Shown: positions 37,106 to 50,766 of the stretch, one piece after another | How the letters are laid out: every line of letters starts with the position of its first letter | Numbering within the stretch: position 1 is the stretch's first letter | Assembly: GCF_037042905.1 (NCBI RefSeq) | Contig: NC_087249.1 | Span: 8,806,001-8,870,000 of the forward strand | From: Lytechinus pictus | Lineage: Eukaryota | Reading direction: 5' to 3' | Length of the DNA: 64,000 nucleotides | The notes under the pieces: generated by a model | Databases searched by the model: none | What the model was told of the DNA's origin: nothing | The model's input: the letters and a program-made list of their open reading frames with translations, nothing else | Position numbers and translations under genes: made by a program

Positions 37106-40100
37106 CTGTAAAATAAAAATAAAAAGGATGGAAATGATAACAATGAAAAGTGTTCAATAAACACATAAATGTGACAATAAACTATATAAAGACAAAACCT
37201 TTCTCCTCTTTCATCAAAAACTCTTTTTGAGAAATTTGATTACACATCAATAATAATAGTGATGTCTTATTAGGCGCACACACCGTCCAGAGATGCTCAC
37301 GGCGCTAGTGCAGCTACAGTTCCTTTGGATAAATATATTTATACTTTTTATACATATAAACAAATACAAAATATAGTGTAAATGAAGTCGACAAAGATTG
37401 AGTTCAATCGACTTGGTTTATTTATTGTACATTCAATCTTTTCATGCAATTGTAGTGTTTTACACAATATGATTTTAATAGATATTAAATTTAAACAATA
37501 CAGGTGGGTGTTTAATAAGGAAGTTCGCAAGTTACAAGCGACTTTACAAACTGTTAATCTTTTTTTTCTTTGTAATAAACGATACACACCAGATTTTCAT
37601 TGGTATTCAAAGTTCCGAAGGATTACTAGTCATTCGTAATGTTACTTGTAACTTACGAATAGCTCTATTAAACACCTAGCAGGCAATCAAATATTTCAAC
37701 ATATGAAACATGTATATCATTTTACACATTTGGTATTCTATTTTCTTATATCACATTCAAGCATTTGGTTTTTTTTCTTATTAAAAACCAAATTGCTGAT
37801 GTCGTCAGAAAGTCGTGTTTCCCCATCATGCTAAGCTGATTAGACTTAAGAGGAATAATAAAAATGGTATCTATGATCATGGTTCAAAAGATTTAAATGC
37901 CACGATCTTGACCTTGTAATGAAGATAATGCTCCAGGGGATAGTACTCCTATTATTGTAAAAATGTCCAGAACTGCCCATCCCTTTTTTAAACAGTCACT
38001 TTTTGAGAAAGGAATGAAAGTTGAAGTGGAAGGGGAAAGTGGTGGGAGGGTTAAAATAAGTGAATTATTTACCAAATGTGAGGGGAGGCATTATGAAGAA
38101 AGAGAGAAGGGGGAAGTAATGAATGTAAATATGGTAAATATATAATATATATATATATATATATATAATGACCGAGTAGTATAAAGATCTTTTCATCAAT
38201 GATATACAAAAATAACATAATTTTTATCATAATACAGTCACTTCTGAACATTTTTTTTCATTTAATTTGACTTTGAAGAAAGAATAGAGGTTAAGTTAAG
38301 AATGTACAATGGGAGCCAGAAATAAGTAGCAGCTCAAACTGAGGCAAAAAAAATAGATACACTTTGAATCACTTTGAATTAAGTTACATACTACAATCTT
38401 TGGAAAACACGCCAGATCGTCATTTTTCACATGATGCTCCTCAGAATAAAGGGTCATCCCTAATCCAAATACTTTAGTACAATGATTTCTGAGATTCTTT
38501 GAAAGCCTTGCCCTTCATCTTAACTGTAACCATAATTAATATTCACTTCATCACAAGAATACAGATGCTCTCTCCACCTTGGACTAAATTATATTAGTAA
38601 AAGACGCTACCTGCTTGGAATCTCTTGGAGGATGCAAATGAGATTATCTGATTGATATTTATTTCTTGGCCTTGGGTTTCATGCTGATAACGAGCTTCAG
38701 ATGTATGATCCAAGGAAAAAATATTATGTGCCCTTCAACTCATCTGAAAATTATGTGATAAATCTTGTATTCCACCATTTCCATGCAATGTTTTGCCATA
38801 TTTTCTCAAATAGTTTTTTGTATTCTGTGTGCTTTGTTTTTACATGTATTGACGTTGATGTTGAGTGCATTGTGTGTCCATTTCAATCAATGTTAATAAG
38901 TAGGGCCTATATACGTATATTACTTGAATCAATGAGATATGCAAATTGTTCATTTTAATTGTGTATTTTTTTCCTCTCATTTTAAAAGTTTTCTTTCAAA
39001 AAATTCAATCATAATGATGCCTAAAAAATTATTCAATTTCTTTCCTTTTTTCCCACCTTTTTCACCTCTTCTTATCATTGTTTATCAATACTATTATCAT
39101 TACTTTGATATTACCATCACCACTATCACTGTCATCAAATCCTCCTCTTCATACCTTTCTCAATTCCTCCTTCTTGTATCTTCTGTTTTCATCCTCCTCT
39201 TGTCTCTGTTTGTTTCTGTTTACTCACGTCTAGGAAAATTTCTTTGTTCCTTCTTTTTTTTATCATTCTAAATTCTCTTTAAAAATGTAAAAAATGTTCT
39301 TGCATCATAAACATAAATATAATACGAGTGCAAGATGTTCTTCGATACCACCCCCCCCCCATCGCAAAAGCTCACTTCATCCGCATAGAATCCCTTAAAG
39401 TCTTCTAATCTCCTGGTTGGATTTGAAATCGCTTGCTGAAATTCCAAGATCAAGATGAATTTCCATAAATAGCCATTTTGGATTCATGAAAAATAGAAAC
39501 TGGAAGAGTGGCTCTTATCTGTCTAATCAAGTTGAATTCTTCCATTTTCCTGATGTTTGTTGATACATTTTATTTTCTTATTTTTATGTATTTTCCTTCT
39601 TTATGTTAGTATACAGTGCAGTTTGACATAAACAATAACATCATGTCCACTTAGTCTGCTATGCAGACTCTGAATGGCTCGTGAAGTGGGATCTGCAGCT
39701 GGTTTGCGAAGCAAACCAGCCTGAAAGGCTCTAGTAGACCTATAGTCTGCTATGCAGACTCCTTGAATCAGCTGTGATACACACACTGCAGATGTGGGTC
39801 TACAGTTGTAGACTATGTCCACTGGGGTCCTGATGAGGGATATGGGGCGAGAGCTCCCGCCCCCACAAAAACAAATGTTGGCTGAAAAGATGACTGATCA
39901 GATTCGCACTGCTTGAAGAAATTTGCAGAGAAAAGCAGACATTGACAACACATCTGATATGATACTAACAAAACAAAGAAATTTGCACATGAAACAGATC
40001 AAAGAACTTAAAGGCTGCAATAGCTCTTTGGAAGAATATGAGCTTTATGGGACTACATGCCTAAAACACACATTAAAAGTTAAACAACATGAGAAAAAAC

Positions 40101-40779
40101 AGACTTTTTCCCTCTACAGACTGAATCAGAAATCAAAAGGGGTATGAGAATGTTTAATACAAATTATAACAAAATCCTTGTAGTGTAAACTATTTATCCA
40201 CCCTACATTTAATCCTTTGAACATATAATGTAAAACAGAGACATGAAAATTGAGTGTTTACTGACTTTAAGACCCACATAGACCCTAGAACTACATGTAC
40301 ATCAACTCAACAAGCGAAACTAGTATCTTGAAAGAATCAGTTTGTATGGGTTGACTGCAGTTATAGAACAAGAAGCAAATTTACAAAATTTTGAGTGAAG
40401 CTATTATGAATTAGACTACTAATGGGGAGCAAGAATGTAAAGGTAAAGAATAGTCAAGGGAAGACCAAACACCTCTTAATACAGTAGTCCACTACTTAGG
40501 TATTGTCCAACAAGAAATTGATTGAATTAGAAGAATTAGGAGCAATGAATAGAATTAAATAGAGAGGCCACAAAGGAAGGGTGCTTCCTCTTTGTAAAGT
40601 ACCTCTTTGTGCTCCACTGTACAGTATAGGCCTATATTTAACACCTGATCTTGCCCCCCCCCCTTCCTTTTATATTTAATTCTTTCTCCCTATGTTTCTC
40701 TTCTTCTATACATATATAAATCTATATATGAATCTATTTTTATCGCATCTTCCTATCTTACTTTCTAAGTACTATTAAA

Positions 40780-41192
40780 TCTATCCAACCATCCAGCCAT
40801 CAATTCATCTATATATCTATCCACCTATCTATCTATATATCTATCCACCTATCTATCTATCTATCTATTTATCTACCTATCTAACTATCTATCTATATAT
40901 CTGTCTGTCTATCTACACGTATATCTATCCCATATACCACCCTTTTTATCTATCTATCTATCTATATATATATCTATCTATCTATATATCAATCAATCTA
41001 TCTAAAGTATCTATTTATCTAACAACATATTTATCTATTTATCTATCCATCTATCTATCTATCTGTCAATCTAAAGTGTCTATCTATTTTTCTAACAACC
41101 TATTTATTTATCTATCTATCTATCTTTCTATCTATATCTATCTATCTATCTATTTATCTAACAACCTATATAACTATCTGTCTATCTACATG

Positions 41193-41271
<79 letters not shown>

Positions 41272-41299
41272 TTATCTCACAACCTATATAACTATCTAT

Positions 41300-41355
<56 letters not shown>

Positions 41356-41377
41356 ATATCTATCTATCTATTTATCT
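40780..41377. repeat. (TCTA)n/(GATA)n microsatellite field
   Basis: Direct reading. Confidence 0.97.
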
Positions 41378-42686
41378 GCAACCATCATGCCCATGCCCAA
41401 TTAATCTTATAATCCTATTAGCTGACTGTTACCACGGGAATATTAAGCATGCATCTGATCTCAAAAGGAAAAGGGGGAGATAATACCCCTTCACAGTAAA
41501 TGCCTATTAAAAAAGCTCTTTTCAAGTCGCCATAATGACCCTATGATCCCGTGCCTGAAAAATTTGACAAGCCAAAAAATGGTATCAGTACATATTTGGT
41601 GGACATTTTGTCCCAGAAAACTTTTACAAAAAAAAAATGGTCAATGTTCATTTTATGGGGTGCCCAATAATGCCCAATGCTTTCTATACATGGTGCACAT
41701 GTATATTTTCAAATTTTCACCCCACCCCGGATCCATGTCTGATCTATGTATTTGAAAACTGGACTTTGATCTTAAGATCTATCAACCAACAAGAGATGTA
41801 TTATCCCTATAATGCTTAAGGTCCCTCTTACACGTATGTTTTGGTACCCTACCCCCTCCTCACAAAAAGGTATTGTCTTTATTCTATTTAATTTTATATA
41901 GAGAATGGCTAAAATTGTTATTGAATGGAACATATTCCAAGTGTTCATAAATTCATGTTTAATTTTCTTATGATCAGCTTTGTACAACACAAGACCAGAT
42001 AAATGTTGTGTGAACCCATGCAAGTCCCCATAAAAAACAAAAGGTTTCCCCCTTTTCACCAATCTATCAACATCCCCACGAACATTAAACATTTACTGCC
42101 CCTTTAAAGGTTTAAAGAAATCTGACATGAAATGACATTCTCCGACAGTGGCCGTAAATTTCACCCTAGTGCCAATCCACAATGTGACATCTTTTTAATT
42201 TCCCGAGCACGAGCAATCAATCCGGCAGTCTGCTGCCCGATAAATGGCATGCAATTTATGGGGTGTTGAATCTGCGACTGTTTACCATCAATTTAACATT
42301 GGCTAAATGCTGTCGCCTTCTGTGTTATCTGGGGATTTTCTGCACATTTGTCAGGGAAATGTAGCGAAACGAGAAAGTGACAGCATGGATTATACATGGT
42401 TATGCCTCCTGCACATGAAATTACTGACCTACATGTATTTGTATGATAAAATAAAATAAAACCCAGACAAGCAATCTCGTGTAACTGTAGGCCATCTGCC
42501 ACTGGCGCCATAATGGTCTGGGCTCTGTATCGTAAAGCTTAGCAATTGATCCTGACTCTGATTTCTACGATTGATTGCATTGATTATTGAGTATGATTAA
42601 TTGTAAATATCAACTCCATGGTCAATCGCGAAGCTTTAGTTACTGGGCTTGGATCAGACAAAGATTTGGAAGGGAAAGCTTTTATC

Positions 42687-44408
42687 GGTTTATTTTCATT
42701 TGGTCCAATGCCAATTCGTCCAATTACCAATTCGTCTACTATTGCTTGGTCTACCATCAGTTCATCCAATATGCAGAGATGCCAACCTAAAGGGATGGTT
42801 GTCAGGAACATTTACCATATTTGTCAGGAACAAATGGGAGTTTCTCAGGAACATCCCGCGAAGTAGCATCGTTTATACAGGGATGCCACTAGGTGTCCTC
42901 CAAAAATACTGAAACTCATCTCGGGCCGGGACAGTGTCCAAGAAAAAAAAATTTAGGGGGTCCACCTTTAATTTTGGGATGGACACATGTCACAGGTAAA
43001 AAATTGGACAAGCAAAAAAAAAAAAAAAAAAAAAAAAAAATTAGGAGGGGGGGTCTGCCCCCACCTCAAATTTAGGGGAGGGGGGGGGGGAGGACCAAGT
43101 GGCTTCTTACCTTGTTGTGATTGATCAATTAGCATGATTAGGTTTGAAAAACTGACGGTAGTTAGTTGTGTGTTTCTCATAGAACGCTAGACCAAAAGCT
43201 TCAGTCTCTGTATTTTGGTTGTTCAGCTAAACCGCGTTGGCTCCACTCACCAATACATAGACTGAAGAGTTGTTGGCCCGTACATTAAGACAACGTATCA
43301 GCTAACCCAGGGAGCTCTGGGCTAGCTGATACGTACGTAACCCAAGGAGCTCCGGCCCGCTTTTCGGGCCGGAGCTCCCTGAGTTCCGTATCAGCATGCA
43401 GCAGTAACGTTAGATCTAACATTCGGCGGAAACCCGATTTTCGGATCGTTTTTGGTACATCAAATGTCACATTATGAAAAAATAATTACATCCAAACTTA
43501 CGAGAAAATATATAAAATTCAGAAACATCGTACGTTAGACCGCAGTTACCGCTAATTCCTTTCAAATGATGATCAAAACTTAGTCATCCTTGATTCCTTC
43601 GTTGGTCATCGTAAGTTGCCATCTTGGATGACGTCATCATCTTTACAGTCGTATTTACCAGTCGCTATTATACCGCGATTCGTGCCGCTGATTTGTGCTT
43701 GTCTATGTGCGTGCGTTCGGAACTTGTCGCTCGCATCGATTGGCCAGGATATCGATAATTCTAATCAGAAAGCCTTGATAAAAGCATAACTCAATGAACG
43801 TAGTAGGCAGTGCGCGCGTTTATAAATTATAGTAGAGAAACTCCCGTTGGTTTACCGTTGGCCACACACACGCTGCATGCATGATACATGTATACACAAT
43901 ACACGCATATACATGCACAATACACAATACACGCATATATACACATGCACAGCAAAGCAATACACAATACACATGTATTGTAGTTGTTTTTTCCGTAACC
44001 TTTTTATTGTTGCCGTAACACCGTAATTGGAGGAATAAAATCGGAACAAATACGGCGAATCCGTAACGGTTGGCATCTCTGCAATATGTATGTCTAATTG
44101 CCATTTCGTCCACTCACCATTTTGTCTAATAACCAGTGGGTCCAACAGCCATTTAGTCCATATATCGTTTGGTCTAATTAGACTAAGTGTTAATTGGGCT
44201 AAATGAATGAAAATAAAATGAATATCAGACCAACTGGTTATGAGACGAAGTGGTCATTGACCAACTGGTGATTAGATGAAGTGATGATTGGACCAAATGG
44301 TTGTTAGATGAAATGTTGATGGACGAAATGGCATGACACTAACTGAAAGTACAATGTAGACCATGTGGTGAGTGGACGAGTTGGCAGTAGACAAATTGGC
44401 AATTTACC
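42687..44408. mobile_element. family F element split by the 42774-44081 insertion
   Basis: The left part 42687-42773 and right part 44089-44408 (ending TTGGCAATTTACC) together mirror 9399-9782. Confidence 0.7.
42774..44081. mobile_element. 1.3-kb non-autonomous TIR element (P-element-like)
   Basis: 14-bp perfect TIR CAGAGATGCCAACC / GGTTGGCATCTCTG, 7-bp TSD CAATATG, subterminal TCAGGAACA and CCGTAA repeats. Confidence 0.8.
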
Positions 44409-44437
44409 TTATGTATTCATACAGAGAGAGTACAGTA

Positions 44438-44992
44438 ATACCCTTTTTACACAGGATTTTCTTAGCCCCGGACTATCGCTAACCCCGTACTATCCTTAAC
44501 CCCGTACTATTTTTTTTCCTTTTTACACATGCCAAATTGTTATTGCTAACCCCGGATAAGGAATCCTTGCTTTTCACACACGAAACTCGCTAACCCCGGA
44601 CTAGTGGTTTTTGTCGATCATTCGTAGTACAAGTACTTCACTCGTACCTTTTTACACACGCTACAATTTCCTTAACCCCGTACTATAGGTGGGGCCAAAT
44701 TGCCATTTAGCCCCACCTATAGTACGGGGTTAAGCTTAGCCCACTTTCGTTTTACACTAGCGATCTTAACCCCGTACTATCGCTCTTAGCACCGCAATTG
44801 CTGGGATAACCCTGCTTTTTTGCAGGGCCAAATAATCCCGTACTAAAGGTGGGGTTAGCCCACTTTGCAAAAATGCTGTGTAAAAAGAAAGTGGGCTAAG
44901 CTTAACCCCGTACTATAGGTGGGGCTAAATTGCCATTTAGCCCCACCTATAGTACGGGGTTAAGGAAATTTTAGCGTGTGTAAAAAGGGTAT
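44438..44992. mobile_element. palindromic MITE with many TAACCCCGTACTAT motifs
   Basis: TIR ATACCCTTTTTACAC / GTGTAAAAAGGGTAT and two internal near-perfect hairpins. Confidence 0.8.
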
Positions 44993-45044
44993 TTGTAATC
45001 TTGTTCGCACTCCCTAGATTTCATAAATACACATCTCCTTTTAA

Positions 45045-45606
45045 AGGACAAGTCCACCCCAACAAAAAGTTGATTTGAATAAAAAGAGAAAAATCCAACA
45101 AACATAACACTGAAAATTTCATCAAAATCGGATGTAAAATAAGAAAGTTATGACATTTTAAAGTTTCGTTAAATTTCACAAAACAGTTATATGCACATCC
45201 TGGTCGGTATGCAAATGAGGAGACTGATGACATCATCCACTCACTATTTCTTTTGTATTTTATTATATGTAATATGAAATATTCTAATTTTCTCCTCATT
45301 GTCATGTGAAACAATGATTAATTCCTCCATGAGCATGTGGAATTAGCATTGTTTAATACTATTATGGTTCAGTCAAATTGATCCTTATTTTTCAAATCTG
45401 TAAAAAATTAAATATTGTATAATTCAAACAATATAAAACAAAAGAAATAGTGATGTGCACATCACTGTTTTGTGAAAAATAAGCAAAAATTTAAAATGTC
45501 ATAACTTTCTTATTTTACATCTGATTTTGATGAAATTTTCAGCGTTATGCTAGTTTGATTTTTCTCTATTTATAAAGTCAACATTTTTCTTGGGTGGACT
45601 TGACCT
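45045..45606. mobile_element. MITE family A
   Basis: TTAA|AGGACAAGTCCACCCC ... GGGTGGACTTGACCT|TAAA. Confidence 0.9.
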
Positions 45607-45610
45607 TAAA

Positions 45611-46207
45611 AGGGATGGTCCGGGCTGAAAATATTTATATCTTAATACATAAAGTAGAATTCACTGAGCAAAATGCCGAAAATTTCATCAAAATCGGATA
45701 ACAAATAATATAGTTATTGAAGTTTAAAGTTTAGCAATATTTTGTGAAAACAGTCGTCATGAATATTCATTAGGTGGGCTGATGATGTCACATCCCCACT
45801 TTCCGTTTTCTTATGTTATTACATGTACATAAACTAAAATCATATTTTTTTATTATTTCATACATGTACTTGTGTGAATAATATGTCTCCCTTATAATGA
45901 AATGAGTTGCAGCAATAAATATCTAATGCACTAAATCAGTTGTCAATCCAATTTTTCTAGTTCTTGGAGGAAAAAAATTGAATAAACCTAATTTCATATA
46001 ATAAAATACAAAAGAACAAGTGGGGATGTGACATCATCAGCCCACCTAATGAATGTTCATGATGACTGTTTTCACAAAATATTGCTAAACTTTAAAATTC
46101 AATAACTTTGTTATTTGTTATCCGATTTCAATGAAACTTTTGCATTTTGCTCAGTGACTTCTACTCTTTTTATTAAGCTATAAATACTTTCAGCCCAGAC
46201 CATCCCT
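45611..46207. mobile_element. TTAA-flanked MITE family B (Kolobok/T2-like)
   Basis: AGGGATGGTCCGGGCTGAAA ... TTTCAGCCCAGACCATCCCT|TTAA. Confidence 0.9.
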
Positions 46208-46225
46208 TTAAGTCATGCAGTCCAG

Positions 46226-46439
46226 GGCCCCATCTTACAAAGAGTTGCAATTGATCCAATCAACCAGCAACATCAACATCTAAAATGCAAGTTTGTTCAG
46301 AATACTTTCAAGATTGTGATGTATATTCATGATTCATCATTCTCTCGAAAATTCAGTGTGATTCTCTTTATTTAAGTAAAGAAATTATGGTATGGATGGA
46401 TTTCCATAGATCAATCGTAACTCTTTGTAAGATGGGGCC
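46226..46439. mobile_element. MITE family E, internally deleted
   Basis: TIR GGCCCCATCTTACAAAGAGTT / AACTCTTTGTAAGATGGGGCC. Confidence 0.75.
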
Positions 46440-46519
46440 AGGATACTCGTTCAAAACCAAGTCTTGTCTGATCTGATGGATGGTGACATAGAATTGAAAG
46501 TCAAACCATCATATATATG

Positions 46520-46790
46520 ATCTGGAACAAATACCCCTACATATCAGACAGGCATCCACCTATTCAACTTTCAAGTCCTCACTCAAAACCCATCTTTTCC
46601 GAAACTCAGAACTAGGTGTAGTATTGGTAATTATTTTATTGGTAACAATTGTAAATTTGAATATTAAGTAATTCTGTAATTCACAAGTCTATTTCTTTGT
46701 TTGTATATATGTATTTTTGTTTCCTTTATTGTAAAGCGCATAGAGAAACTTTCAGTTTATTATGCGCTATATAAGAAGTATTATTATTAT
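46520..46790 (+). mobile_element. 3' end of an L2-type LINE (5'-truncated)
   Basis: Remnant reading IWN..(frameshift)..HIRQASTYSTFKSSLKTHLF is typical of the L2 ORF2 C-terminus. It is followed by TGTAAAGCGC...GCGCTATATAAG and a (TAT)n tail. Confidence 0.7.
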
Positions 46791-49700
46791 CATATAGAGC
46801 CAACATATAACTGCAAAAGTTTAAATAAGCACAGTAAGCCTTGAATTACATGTACTTCAAATGTAGCTTTACAAACCTTAGCTGGAAACTTTAGAAGGTA
46901 TAAAAATCACTGTACTTAAAAAATAGATATATGTTCAAAGATTAGAAGTATGTACTGACTGTGTTTCCTAGAAATATTCAGTAGAAACAGTTTACCATGG
47001 AGCTATTAAACACAAATGTAATAGCTCCATGAGTTTACCATGTTGTTCAATTTTGCATAGTGGAGCCTTATTTCCTATATAGAGGCTGAAGGTCCATGAG
47101 TTTATTAGGTTTCCACCATAAATAGATGTTAACCAGACCGAAGGCTCGACTGTAACGACCTTTCTTGGTCTTCTGAAAATTCAGTGTTGTGAAACTCTGA
47201 ATATGTTAATGAAATTTCAGTCACTTTGACTGTTTTGTTCCAACTTGCTATACATATTAAATACAAACAGGATACATGAACATGATTGGATCAATAACTT
47301 GAAAAATCAAAAAAATTTAATTAACTTTGGACAAAGAGAAAGGATGATTATGCAAAGATATTTTCACATTTTAGAAAATACTAAGACTTGATGAACAAGA
47401 AATTAAAAAAATATATGTTAATGTTTTGGGTGAGCAGATACAGCAGTCTGTTTAAAGCTTTAATTTGACCAAGGATATGCAATGCAAATTATGTTTTGAC
47501 TGTCATCTATCATTTTAATATTTAAAAATGTAGTAACCATTTCTTTTCCATCTGCATCTGCTGATGAAAGTGCAATCTTTTTAAAGTCATTTTTGGGAGG
47601 GGGAACTTTATATTAGGCCTATATTGTAATGCTATCTCTTTTATCTAACAAGGCCCACTAAACAAATAAAGTTTAGTTTATCAGAAAGCTATTAAAAATG
47701 TCTAGGGGTGTTGTAACCATTCCATAATTATATAGTGGTTTTCATCAACAAAATAACACAGTTAATTACATATTTGTTGCAATTTATCCCATCATTAATT
47801 AACTTCATTTTGTGATTTTACTTTGAACAATTTAGATCACATCTTTGACAAAACCATGTTGTTTATGATGAAATCTCTCATTTTAACCGACAATGGATGG
47901 ATTCAAAAGTTGAAAATAATGATCTTCAAAATGACTGAAATGCAGGCTTTGAGAATATTTTCTTCTTGATTCATATGGGCATCAAGGTGGAGCTTACAAT
48001 ACAAATGCAAAAGTTTTTCATCCTCTAAATTACACCAACGGAAAATCTCTTGATGCGTGGGTAGCAGTAATATTATCTGAGCTAACCACATAGCTTCTGT
48101 GAAAACCATTACTGTTACACAAATCAAGGCCCCGCAATGACAGTGACAAATGGAGAAGAAATACTGACATTTAATTAAAATCAGAGCAATGATGAATGAA
48201 AGTGCATTGTAATGCGTGAATGGCTTTTGCAGGGGAGAAAAGCTGAAGAAATCTTAAATGGGCTCGGAGAAAGATGAATGATGATACGTCTGCATTTTTA
48301 CGTTTGGAAAGTGGAGGTTATTCATCATTCAAGCTCTAATAAGTAGGTTTTACAAAACAGGAGTTTTTTTTACTTCAGTTTATACATGTATTATTAATTG
48401 TCTACTTGCAAAGAGTTTCATACATATTGTCTACATTTTCATGGCAAAAAATAATCCATTCAATCCTTTATTTCTGTGTAAGTTTGTAAAGAAAATACAA
48501 ATTCTTTCTTTCAATTGGTAAGGAGTAGGTTTTTCTTTATTCATTCAGGACTAAAGGTACACCCTTGAGAGTTTAATTTTGTTTATTTATTTATTTTCAA
48601 ACATAAATACAAACATTTGAGAATTCACTTGCATGTAAATGTACATGTACATGTAGTATGAACTCTTTTTAAACTTAAAGTAACTGGTTTTCTATGGGAC
48701 ACCAACAAACAAATAAACACTACACCAATCTTTTGCACTCCCCACCAAACAATACGACACCTAATTGCTTTTGACAAGTTTCATTGCCTTTAGCGATGGG
48801 ATGGGTTTCCTATTGTCCCCCTTCCCCCATCCATCAGAGCCCCCTTCCCTTTTATTTCCATCAAAGGACATTGTTTGAAGAGCTCTTCTTATTCAAGGGT
48901 GTAGCTACTTACCGCCCCTGGCAATGTGATTTGAATATAACTGGAGCTGAATGGCTTTTCTTTCTGTCTTCAATGCTGGGTTTTGACTGGTACACTGTTA
49001 CTAAATACAGTTCAAGTATCTTTGTCATGGCGACCAATCTTTCTTGGCCTCATCTCAAAGAGAATTAACACATCAGAAGGTGCCAAAAGGTTCTTAAGAT
49101 AATGACTTCAAAGGTTTCCCCACTTACATGTTTTCAATTATTACCTATACAATCTTGTTTACGTGTCATGGTGGAGTTAATTTTGTTTTTGGCTTGTTCA
49201 AATGACGCCATCAGATGCCCTCTCTTTCTCTGCTGTTCTGATGTAATATGCCCATATTTGAAAAGTAAATGTAAATCAGTACATGCAATGGCTTCTTAAA
49301 ATCAAGATATTAATGAAAAATTAATATTTACCTCGAAAATCATACACTTTCTTATTATTAATTTCAAATTATACATTACTAAATTGGCTAAATTCTCACA
49401 AACGTTCATTTGCTTATAACAGACCAAAGTGCCGGAAGAGAGGAAAAGAGCCTTTTTCCATAATACATGTACGACACCTCGAAATATCCATTCAGTGTCC
49501 AAACCTTTTTTTTTTTCTTTCTTTTTGGGGGTGTTTAATAGTACACTGTAAAAAGTGTCAGTAGATACATTTTGATGACAAGTTTTGCATGCATGTGGAA
49601 AACCTTACATCCCCAATCACATGTCCATCTCCACTTTATCTGTGAACAATTCAACATGCTCAACAAATCAGCTCTCCATAAGCGCCTAACTCTGCCCGGC

Positions 49701-50306
49701 TGCAATTTTTTATTCTACGACTTTTCGGCCTAACTTTCTGTACGACAGATAAGAGATTTTGGGATCTTTCACTTAAGCCACCATTACTTTTATGTTGTTC
49801 AAAAGTCTCGCCTGAATTTTCTATTTAATAAAAGGATAATTTCTTATGTTAGTTCTTGCCTGTTTGGGATTTGAATCTGCAATCTTGCCATTGTAGCGCA
49901 AAGATTATCCCACTGCAGTGACTGCACTATGCAAATGAGTTGCTTGAGTTGTTGCCAATATTTAACTTTATAGCTTTATGACATATATGAATATTCATGA
50001 TGTGTAGTCTTTGACTAATTAAACCCTATTCTGACACCAGGCAGAAAATATTGCTGGAAAATAATTCAGCTCCACAGTCCTGGTAGTGGCAGCTCTATGG
50101 ATATATGAAAGACAGAGGGGTCTGGGGATTTTTACAGGGAAGACCAAAAAATTCCCTCCAAATGCCACCAGGTGAAGAAGAAATAAACAGATTTACTGCT
50201 AGGTCCAGCACATCAATCACCATAAACTGTCATTTTTAATACCTCATCCATAAAGAGGCATCAAGCAAGAAGGTGGTAAAAATGGACTTATGAGAGAAGA
50301 GAGAGA

Positions 50307-50766
50307 GGCTGTTCTCACTACGTTCCTAAAACTAGTTTACTGGAAACTAGTTTAGTGGAAACTAGTTTAACGCGTAGTGAGAACGGTCGAAGCGGTCTTG
50401 GAAGCGATCTTCCAAACCAGTTTGGAAAACCACCTCGCGATGTAGTTTTCAAGATCGCTTTGCCTCATTAAACTGGTTTTAGCGTAAGTGAGGACACAAC
50501 CGTTCTTCGGGAAGCGATCTTCGCACATTTTGAGCGCGCTACTCCACACGACAGGTGTAGAATGCCTATGCTGCGGTTTCGAATTTCGCGCGAAACGTGT
50601 CACCCCAAAGAGAGCGTTTCCACAGCAACAAGAGCGCTTTACGTGAAGTGATTTCGAAAACCACTTTCGTGTGATCAAGTGGGAACGCTAGCAAAGCGAT
50701 CTTCCAAAGTGGTTTCCTGAATCTGTTTCCAGTAAACTAGTTTTAGAAAGCGTAATGAGAACGGCC
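50307..50766. mobile_element. MITE family D
   Basis: GGCTGTTCTCACTACG ... CGTAATGAGAACGGCC; near-identical inverted copy at 57291. Confidence 0.85.

Noticed and set aside
50367..50678. Duplicated 103-aa ORF (also 57379-57690) suggesting a gene pair
   Set aside because: Lies within family D MITE copies, has a non-ATG start and no recognisable domain.
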